Source: Armatimonadota bacterium (lineage in GTDB: Bacteria > Armatimonadota > Fimbriimonadia > Fimbriimonadales > GBS-DC). Taken from it: a DNA stretch of 64,000 bases. The stretch is from positions 19,862 to 83,861 of the forward strand of contig JBBIJY010000015.1 of the NCBI GenBank assembly GCA_037445735.1, given 5' to 3'. Every line of letters starts with the position of its first letter. The first letter of the stretch is position 1. The position numbers and the translations under genes are program-made. This document shows, in pieces, positions 55,762-64,000 of this stretch. The notes under the pieces are model-generated. The model had not been told where the DNA came from. It saw only the letters and a list, made by a program, of their open reading frames with translations, and searched no databases.

Positions 55762-56970
55762 TCACACCCAGCGATTGATCAGTCCCAGCGCTTTGCCGAC
55801 TTTTTCGAAGGCGTTCAGTGCGTCGTCCAGGTCCTCGCGGGTGTGGGTGGCGTTGGGCATGGTGCGCACGCGCGCCTTGCCTCGCGGCACGGTGGGGTAC
55901 ACAATCCCCAGCGTGAACACGCCCTCCTCGCGCAGGCGAGCCTCCATCTGCTGGGCAATCGCCTCCTCGCCGCAGAACACGGGCGTGATGGGCGTCTCGG
56001 AACCCATCGTGTCGAAGCCCAGCCGCTGGAGATTTTCCTTCCAGTAGCGGGCATTATCCCACAGGCGGCGCATCGGCTCCGGGTCGGTCATCAGAATCTC
56101 GATCGCTTTGAGCAGGGCGCCCACGGCGGCGGGCGGCAGCGCCGTGCTGAACAGATAGGGACGCGCACGGTTAATCAGCCACTCTTTCAGCAGGCGACTG
56201 CCCGCGATATAGCCCCCGATCACGCCCAGCGCTTTGGAGAGCGTGCCCAGCTGGATGTCCACGCGCCCGTACAGCCCAAAATGGCTCGTGGTGCCGCTGC
56301 CATGCTCGCCCAGCACGCCCGAAGCGTGCGCGTCGTCCACCATCACCACCGCGTCGTACTTCTCTGCCAGCGCCACAATCTCCGGCAACGGCGCTATATC
56401 GCCATCCATGCTGAACACGCCATCGGTCACAATCAGTCGCTTTTTGAAATCTTTACATCGCTTGAGGATGTCTTCCAGATGGTTCATATCTTTGTGTTGA
56501 TAGACATAGCCTTCGCTCTTTTTGTATTTCGCGTTGCTGAGTCGCACGCCGTCGATGATGCTGGCGTGGTTGAGTTCGTCGGAGATGATCACATCGCCCT
56601 CGCCGAAGCAGGCGGGGATGGTGCCGGAGTTGGCGTTGTGCCCTGATTGGAACACCAGCACGGCTTCGGTCTTTTTGAATTCGGCGAGTTTCTGTTCGAG
56701 CAGGTCGTGCAGTTCGCTGGTGCCGCCGAGCCAGCGCACGGCGCCTGCGCCCGCGCCCCATTTGAGCGCGGCGTCGACGGCTGCTTGCACCACGCGCGGG
56801 TCGTTCGCCAGCCCCAGATAGTTGTTGGAGGCAAGGTTGATCAGCCAGCGACCGCCGATTTTCACGCGCCCGCCCTGCGGACTCTCCAGCACCGGCGGCT
56901 GCTTATAGAGATTCTGCGCCTTCAGCTCCTCGATGCTCTGCTGGAGCCACCGCTGAAAGTTCGCGTTCAT
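55762..56970 (-). CDS. kbl: Glycine C-acetyltransferase / 8-amino-7-oxononanoate synthase family (class II PLP)
   Basis: [29 protein letters not shown] and GTLSKA motifs. kbl versus bioF cannot be fully resolved from sequence. Confidence 0.82.
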   Translation of the reverse strand: MNANFQRWLQQSIEELKAQNLYKQPPVLESPQGGRVKIGGRWLINLASNNYLGLANDPRVVQAAVDAALKWGAGAGAVRWLGGTSELHDLLEQKLAEFKKTEAVLVFQSGHNANSGTIPACFGEGDVIISDELNHASIIDGVRLSNAKYKKSEGYVYQHKDMNHLEDILKRCKDFKKRLIVTDGVFSMDGDIAPLPEIVALAEKYDAVVMVDDAHASGVLGEHGSGTTSHFGLYGRVDIQLGTLSKALGVIGGYIAGSRLLKEWLINRARPYLFSTALPPAAVGALLKAIEILMTDPEPMRRLWDNARYWKENLQRLGFDTMGSETPITPVFCGEEAIAQQMEARLREEGVFTLGIVYPTVPRGKARVRTMPNATHTREDLDDALNAFEKVGKALGLINRWV

Positions 56971-57027
56971 CGCTGTTCCCCTGCGTATTGTACCCGATAG
57001 GGGGAAGGAAGGGGTACAATCAAGAAG

Positions 57028-57303
57028 GTGATGCCCGTGCGCAACTTGCTGAATCGTATAGTCGTTGACCCGCACATCTTTGGTGGGAAGCCAATCATAC
57101 GCGGTCTGCGTATCAAGGTGGAGACGGTGCTTGCCCTGCTGGAGCAGGGCATGACTCCAGAGGAGATTCTGCAGGACTATCCCGATCTGGAGATGGATGA
57201 CATCCGTGCCTGCCTGGCTTATGCACGCGCCCTGATTGCCAACGAGGATATTGAACCGCTCCCCGCGGTGGGTCGGCACAGGGTGCGCATTCGCTACCCT
57301 TAG
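57028..57303 (+). CDS. DUF433-domain (antitoxin-like) protein
   Basis: RIVVDP...[13 protein letters not shown]...EEIL.DYPDL...DIRACL.YA pattern. Confidence 0.88.
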   Translation: MMPVRNLLNRIVVDPHIFGGKPIIRGLRIKVETVLALLEQGMTPEEILQDYPDLEMDDIRACLAYARALIANEDIEPLPAVGRHRVRIRYP

Positions 57304-57335
57304 GGAGTATCAGGGAAGGTACACTCTTAACCGCT

Positions 57336-58064
57336 ATGCGAGTGATAGGGGCGATTGGACTGCTGATGCTGTGCATCGGTGCGCTGGCGCAGATAGACAG
57401 CAAGGCGAACGAGTGGCTGGAGCGCAGCGTCAACACCTACGGCACGCTCAAAAGCCTGCAGAGCAAAACCACCGTCACCCTCCAGCTCATCACGCCCAGA
57501 AACCCGCAGGGCGAGACCATCCAGAAGTTCCTCTATGCCTACACCTTGCAACCCCCTGCGCAAATCAATCTCCTGATCAGGGATGCTCTCTCCAGAGAGG
57601 AGGGCACGCGCTTCATATCGGACGGTAAGACGCTCAAAAGCGGCGAGCGCACCGTCGCTGTGCAGGGGTCGGGACTTGCCCTGCTGGAGGGGTTAGCCAG
57701 CCTCGATGCCTTCACACCCTACGATATCGTCTTCGCGCTGGGCGGCAAAAGCAGCTGGGAGAAGATGAAGCAGGAAATCACCAACCTGCGCGTGGTGTCC
57801 GACGATGAGAAGCAGGTCGTGCTGGGCGGGCGCGTGCGCGGTGAAAAGGAGCGCATCAACGAGTGGGAGTTCGTCATCGACAAAAGCACCCTGCTGATGC
57901 GTCGCATCAAGATCGTCACGCAGGTGAAGCTGGAGGAGCAGCCCGCGCAGTTCGTGATGGTGATGGAGTTCGAGCCGACGCCGAATGTGCCCGTGACCGA
58001 GCAGACTTTCAGCCTGACGACCGAGCCTGCGCCCGCTACACCCCCATCGGGCGGCGGGCGATAA
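57336..58064 (+). CDS. Secreted LolA-like / DUF2092-like protein
   Basis: Signal peptide; Y..LKS, P......, FISDGKT and IDK.TLL pattern. Confidence 0.55.
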   Translation: MRVIGAIGLLMLCIGALAQIDSKANEWLERSVNTYGTLKSLQSKTTVTLQLITPRNPQGETIQKFLYAYTLQPPAQINLLIRDALSREEGTRFISDGKTLKSGERTVAVQGSGLALLEGLASLDAFTPYDIVFALGGKSSWEKMKQEITNLRVVSDDEKQVVLGGRVRGEKERINEWEFVIDKSTLLMRRIKIVTQVKLEEQPAQFVMVMEFEPTPNVPVTEQTFSLTTEPAPATPPSGGGR

Positions 58065-58081
58065 GGAGGAGGCGGTTGCCG

Positions 58082-59689
<1,608 letters not shown>

Positions 59690-59723
59690 CGCGGGCATCC
59701 TGCCCGATTATACGAGGTGCTCT

Positions 59724-60509
59724 ATGCGACGCCATGCATTCACTCTGATAGAGCTGCTGATTGTGATTGCCATCATCGCGGTGCTGGCGGCGTTGCTGTT
59801 TCCCGTGCTGAGTCGGGCGCGGGAGAAGGCTCGCCAGAGCCACTGCCTGAACAACCTGCGCCAGCTGGGTACCGCCTTCGCGCTCTATCGCGCCGATTTT
59901 GACGGGCGCAACCCCGGCATGGGCGACGGAACCTACTGCCCTGGTATTATCGACCGGCGGTTCTATCCCCACTGGATTGGCGGCATCTACAGCACGGCTG
60001 AAGGGCACTGGGTTCCCTGCCACTGGGTCATCTACCCGCCTCTGGACCCGAATGCCCCTGTGGGCGCACGCTGGCGTGAGACGGGCGTGAAGCAGGGCGC
60101 GCTCTACCCCTATGTGCGCAACGAGGCGGTCTACATCTGCCCGACCGACCGCCGCGGGATGGAAAAGCGGCTCAGCTACTCGCTCAACTATGTGGCTGGC
60201 TTCATCCCCGAAGCCGTGGTGGAGCGCCCCGCGCAGTTCGCCGAGCTGGTCGACGAGCAGGCGACACTCAACGACGGCGATTTGACCGCCTTCGATACAG
60301 CAGGGCGCTACTTCAACTGCCCCACAATTGCCCACTTCAACGGCGCGAACCTGGCGTTCTTTGATGGGCACGCCCGCTGGCTGAAAGCGACGCACACCGT
60401 TGAGCGCGTGCGCGAGTGCCAGCAGACCATCCCCGCGCACTACTTCTGCCCGATGATCCCCTTCCCCGACGCGGGCGGCTACACCCCCAACTGCGCCCGC
60501 GAAAGGTAA
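59724..60509 (+). CDS. Prepilin-type N-terminal cleavage/methylation protein with DUF1559 and H-X9-DG motif
   Basis: [34 protein letters not shown] and [13 protein letters not shown]. Confidence 0.92.
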   Translation: MRRHAFTLIELLIVIAIIAVLAALLFPVLSRAREKARQSHCLNNLRQLGTAFALYRADFDGRNPGMGDGTYCPGIIDRRFYPHWIGGIYSTAEGHWVPCHWVIYPPLDPNAPVGARWRETGVKQGALYPYVRNEAVYICPTDRRGMEKRLSYSLNYVAGFIPEAVVERPAQFAELVDEQATLNDGDLTAFDTAGRYFNCPTIAHFNGANLAFFDGHARWLKATHTVERVRECQQTIPAHYFCPMIPFPDAGGYTPNCARER

Positions 60510-60641
60510 GGGCACACTCTTTCGCCCCTGCACCTGCTCCCGAATCGAGCAGCAACCCCACAAAGCGCGAAAAAATCCCGAAAAATCCCCCTCGAAAAGG
60601 GCAACTCAGAACTTTCGTCCCTCCCATCTCGCGAAAAGGTG

Positions 60642-60650
60642 TGCTATAAT
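60642..60650 (+). promoter_or_regulatory. Extended -10 promoter element
   Basis: TGcTATAAT, 140 nt upstream of ATG 60791. Confidence 0.55.
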
Positions 60651-60790
60651 AGGACTGGTATCGTCAAGAGAGGACAGAGCTGATGGACACGCAGCTCAAG
60701 CCACCTAAGACTTGCCAATCTTGAGCGAGATGCCCGCAGACCTTTCCCCCTGAACTGATGCCCAATCTCAAGTCAACGGAGGATCAAGCG

Positions 60791-62209
60791 ATGAGAGGCA
60801 TTGCGAGTAGCACCGGGTTTGTCGTGATGCTGGCGCTTGCGTGCGCCCAGCCGTTCACCTATCAGGGGTTCCTGAAAGATGGCAGCAACCCCGCGAACGG
60901 CACCTACCAGATGACCTTTCGGCTCTTCAACACGGCTACTGGCGGAACCGCGCTGGGCACGGTCGGTCCCCTGACGGTTCCCGTTAGTAATGGCTTGTTC
61001 AGTGTAGAGCTGAATTTCCCGGCTTCGATTTGGGACGGGGGAACCCGCTACCTGGAGGTTCAGGTCGGTTCCACGACCCTTTCGCCCCGTGTGAAGATTA
61101 ACCCGACGCCGTATGCCAGCACCCTGCGGATGTTCGAGAGCGGCACCGCGAACCCCGACCGCATGGTGATTGCCCACTCACCCGCTTTCACGAACTGGGG
61201 GCTGCAGTATGTGGATGTGAGCGACAAGTTCAACTTCCTGGCGGGCGGTATCCCCGTGATGACGGTGGATCTGGGCACCGGGCGTGTGGGCATCGGCACG
61301 ACCTCGCCTGTCGCCCGACTCTCCTTTGCCAGTGAGCTGGGCAACAAGATTGCCTTCTGGAACAATTTGGACTCCACGCAGTACGGCATTGGGCTGCAGA
61401 ACGGGCTGCTGCAGATATACTGCGACACATCAGCCTCGAACATCGCCTTCGGGCGTGGCAACAGCACCAGTTTCACCGAGGTCATGCGCATCACTGGGGC
61501 GGGCAATGTTGGCATCGGCACCACCTCGCCAAGCGCAAAATTGCACATCGAATCCAACAGCACCCTTACAAACGCCACCCTGCGTCTGCACGAAACCGAA
61601 GCCGAGTTCGCCCGACTTGAATTCACCAACACAAATACCGCGCGCAAGTGGCACATCGCGGGATACATCGGCTCCACGCAAGCGGCAGATCGCCTCAATT
61701 TCTGGAACAGCGCGGCGGGCGACATTATGAGCATTCAGGGTGACGGCGTGGTCGTGGTGAATGGCACGGCTCGCGTAAAAGTGCTGGAAATCACCGGTGC
61801 CGACTTCGCCGAAAAGTTCCCCACCTCCGAACCCATCCAACCCGGCATGGTCGTGGAGATCGACCCCGACAACCCCGGCAACCTCCGCCTCGCACGCGGC
61901 GCCTACAATAAGCGCGTCGCAGGCATCGTCGCCGGCGCGAACGGGCTTTCCAGAGGCATCGTGCTGGGCAACATGGAGGGCAGCGAGCACCACGCTCCGA
62001 TTGCCATCAGCGGGCGCGTGTGGGTCTACGCCGACGCCACCGAACACGCGATTGAACCAGGCGACTTCCTGACCACCGCCGAACGCCCCGGCTATGCGAT
62101 GAAGGCGACTGACCTGCAGAAGGCACAGGGCGCGATTCTGGGCAAGGCGATGACCCGCCTGGAGCGGGGCAAGACGGGCTTTGTGCTGGTGCTGGTCAAC
62201 CTGCAATAA
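60791..62209 (+). CDS. Secreted tail-fibre-like protein with a C-terminal autoprocessing/chaperone-like domain
   Basis: Signal peptide; FTYQG.L N-domain; two G.VGIGTTSP repeats; ADFAE..PG.VV..SGRV..PGD.LTT..PGYAMKA..ILGKAM. Confidence 0.7.
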   Translation: MRGIASSTGFVVMLALACAQPFTYQGFLKDGSNPANGTYQMTFRLFNTATGGTALGTVGPLTVPVSNGLFSVELNFPASIWDGGTRYLEVQVGSTTLSPRVKINPTPYASTLRMFESGTANPDRMVIAHSPAFTNWGLQYVDVSDKFNFLAGGIPVMTVDLGTGRVGIGTTSPVARLSFASELGNKIAFWNNLDSTQYGIGLQNGLLQIYCDTSASNIAFGRGNSTSFTEVMRITGAGNVGIGTTSPSAKLHIESNSTLTNATLRLHETEAEFARLEFTNTNTARKWHIAGYIGSTQAADRLNFWNSAAGDIMSIQGDGVVVVNGTARVKVLEITGADFAEKFPTSEPIQPGMVVEIDPDNPGNLRLARGAYNKRVAGIVAGANGLSRGIVLGNMEGSEHHAPIAISGRVWVYADATEHAIEPGDFLTTAERPGYAMKATDLQKAQGAILGKAMTRLERGKTGFVLVLVNLQ

Positions 62210-62220
62210 GGAGGTGTAGG

Positions 62221-63858
62221 ATGCGATACTGGATGCTTCTTGGGGTCTTATTGACGCTGGTTGGGGGCGGCGTCGCCAGCGAGGAAGCCCCTGCGCCGCC
62301 CCAGCGGCTGTTCACCGAGTGCAAGCCCAAACAGCCGCCTGAGGCGCGTGATACCGACTATATGCTTCAGTACCGCCCGGTACAGGTGCGCTTCGCGGCG
62401 CTGGAGGCGTTGCGAGTGGGCGATCGGCTGGAGTTGAACCTGTTCCCTGATTATAGCCTGATCGCCGTGATTGACCGCATCGAGCGCCACGATGAACAAC
62501 GCACCTCCTACTTCGGGCATCTGGATGGGATAGAGCATCCCTACAGCCATGTGATTCTGACACGCGTGAACGAGGTGCTGGCAGCGAGCATCTACTCCCC
62601 TCCCTTTGGGATAGAGTTCGGTGTCATCTATCATCGGGATGAGTATCACCTTGTGTACCGCCCCGACCCACGCAAGCGCGGCGGGTGTGGCACAGGGAAA
62701 ACCCCCGAGCCGTCCGAGACGACGCCCGCAGAGGAACCGACACCTTCTGCCTCTGAGGAGGTTGCCAGGACACCTTCCGGCGACTTCAGTCCTGCGGGCG
62801 ACTTTGAGCCAGCGGGGTGCGGTTTCGGCGTGCCGATGGTGGATGTGATGGTGGTCTACACGCCTGCTATACGCACCATTCGCGGGAGCCACGATGCCGT
62901 GGTTGCCGCGGCGCAGCTGGGCGTCGATGTGTCGAACACCATCTACAGCAACACAAACATTCCGTTGCGGATGCGCCTGGTATTTGTGGGCGAAGTGGAC
63001 TATGACGAGAGCCGTGACAACTTCGATACTCATCGCGATCGGCTGCGGAACAGCGACGGCTTTATGGACATCGTTCACACCTGGCGGAACCAGTATCGCG
63101 CGGACGATGTGGTGCTGTTCGTCGCAGATGACGATAACGGAACCCTGTGCGGTCTTGCCTATTGTCAGCGCAATGCACCCTGTTGTGGAGCGGGTCCATG
63201 GGAGGACAGAGCCTTCTGTGTTCTTGATGGTCGCACTAACGGGTGCATCGCGCTTGGCTGGGCAGCGTTCACCCACGAGATTGGGCACAACCAGGGTTGT
63301 GGACACAACCGAAGCAATGCAGATTGCTGCCCGTTCAATGAGTGCAATCTCTGCGCTAGTTGTTCGCTGCATGGCGACAGCTCCTTCGGCTGGCGCTTTA
63401 TCGGTTCTGATGGGAACCGATATATCACCGTAATGTCCTACCAGACTGACGAGGATGACTACGGCTGTACAGCAGGCGGATTCAGATTCGCGTCCCAAAT
63501 TCCCTTCTTCTCCACACCTACCATTACCTACATGGGGGTTCCGATTGGGGTGCCTCCAGGAGGCTGTGGAGCGGACAATCGTTCCACCGTGATCGAGACG
63601 CGATGCGGTCGGGACTCCTTCCGCATTCTGGACTGCTGGGTCAGCTTCGGGTATTCCGGAACCGAGCGGGGCACCATCTGCGAGCCGTTCAACACCGTGG
63701 CGGAAGCAGTGAACGCCATGCCGTCGCCCGTTGCAGGGCGCCTGGTGGACTTCCCGACGATGTATATCGCGGCAGGTTCACGCCGTGAGACCCTGACCAT
63801 CAACAAGCGGATGCGCATCGAGGCGTGCGGCGGACTGGTGCGTATCGGTGCGCCATAA
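62221..63858 (+). CDS. Secreted Cys-rich metzincin (M12/reprolysin-like) protease
   Basis: Pro-domain with GGCGT, HEIGHNQGCGH zinc motif and Met-turn TVMSY. Confidence 0.88.
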   Translation: MRYWMLLGVLLTLVGGGVASEEAPAPPQRLFTECKPKQPPEARDTDYMLQYRPVQVRFAALEALRVGDRLELNLFPDYSLIAVIDRIERHDEQRTSYFGHLDGIEHPYSHVILTRVNEVLAASIYSPPFGIEFGVIYHRDEYHLVYRPDPRKRGGCGTGKTPEPSETTPAEEPTPSASEEVARTPSGDFSPAGDFEPAGCGFGVPMVDVMVVYTPAIRTIRGSHDAVVAAAQLGVDVSNTIYSNTNIPLRMRLVFVGEVDYDESRDNFDTHRDRLRNSDGFMDIVHTWRNQYRADDVVLFVADDDNGTLCGLAYCQRNAPCCGAGPWEDRAFCVLDGRTNGCIALGWAAFTHEIGHNQGCGHNRSNADCCPFNECNLCASCSLHGDSSFGWRFIGSDGNRYITVMSYQTDEDDYGCTAGGFRFASQIPFFSTPTITYMGVPIGVPPGGCGADNRSTVIETRCGRDSFRILDCWVSFGYSGTERGTICEPFNTVAEAVNAMPSPVAGRLVDFPTMYIAAGSRRETLTINKRMRIEACGGLVRIGAP

Positions 63859-63859
63859 C

Positions 63860-64000
63860 GCCCTCACCCCCTGTGCCCCCTCTCCCGACGCTGCGGGAGA
63901 GGGGGTTTCTGAGTCCCTCTCCCCCAGCGGGGGAGAGGGTACGGGTGAGGGGTTTCTGAAGCCCCTCTCCCCCAGCGGGGGAGAGGGTACGGGTGAGGGG
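63860..64000. repeat. Tandem REP-like palindromic cluster (runs off the window)
   Basis: Two ~48-bp units tttctga..ccctctcccccagcgggggagagggtacgggtgagggg after a first hairpin. Confidence 0.85.

Noticed and set aside
63860-64000. CRISPR array
   Set aside because: The units are adjacent palindromes without unique spacers, there are no cas genes, and they match the dispersed REP-like family.

Overview
64-kb, GC-rich bacterial chromosome segment. Gene content suggests Armatimonadota/Fimbriimonadales (PEP-CTERM protein, prepilin-like H-X9-DG proteins, secreted proteins with a Cys-flanked dockerin-like tail); this is an inference. Housekeeping genes: argG, rplJ-rplL with an L10 leader, initiator tRNA-Met, ndh, kbl-like aminotransferase, Maf, acyl-CoA carboxyltransferase, NCS2 permease. 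Other content: a PerR/Fur plus P1B-4 ATPase operon, a ~15-kb surface-glycan modification cluster, many secreted multidomain proteins and REP/MITE-like palindromes. I found no CRISPR array, prophage or transposase. Most interesting signals: (1) a SigH-like promoter motif GCAGGA-N17/18-G(A/T)A(T/A) upstream of six genes; (2) a dockerin-like C-terminal tag with a conserved Cys pair on three secreted proteins, a candidate surface-display system alongside PEP-CTERM; (3) an AT-rich PD-(D/E)XK-like gene coupled to an orphan PIN toxin; (4) a SpoIVB/S55 protease fused to a beta-propeller; (5) frequent leaderless-type GGTAnnnT promoters. Starts were adjusted from the ORF track where RBS, promoter or overlap evidence supported it. 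All family calls are by motif recognition, not database search.
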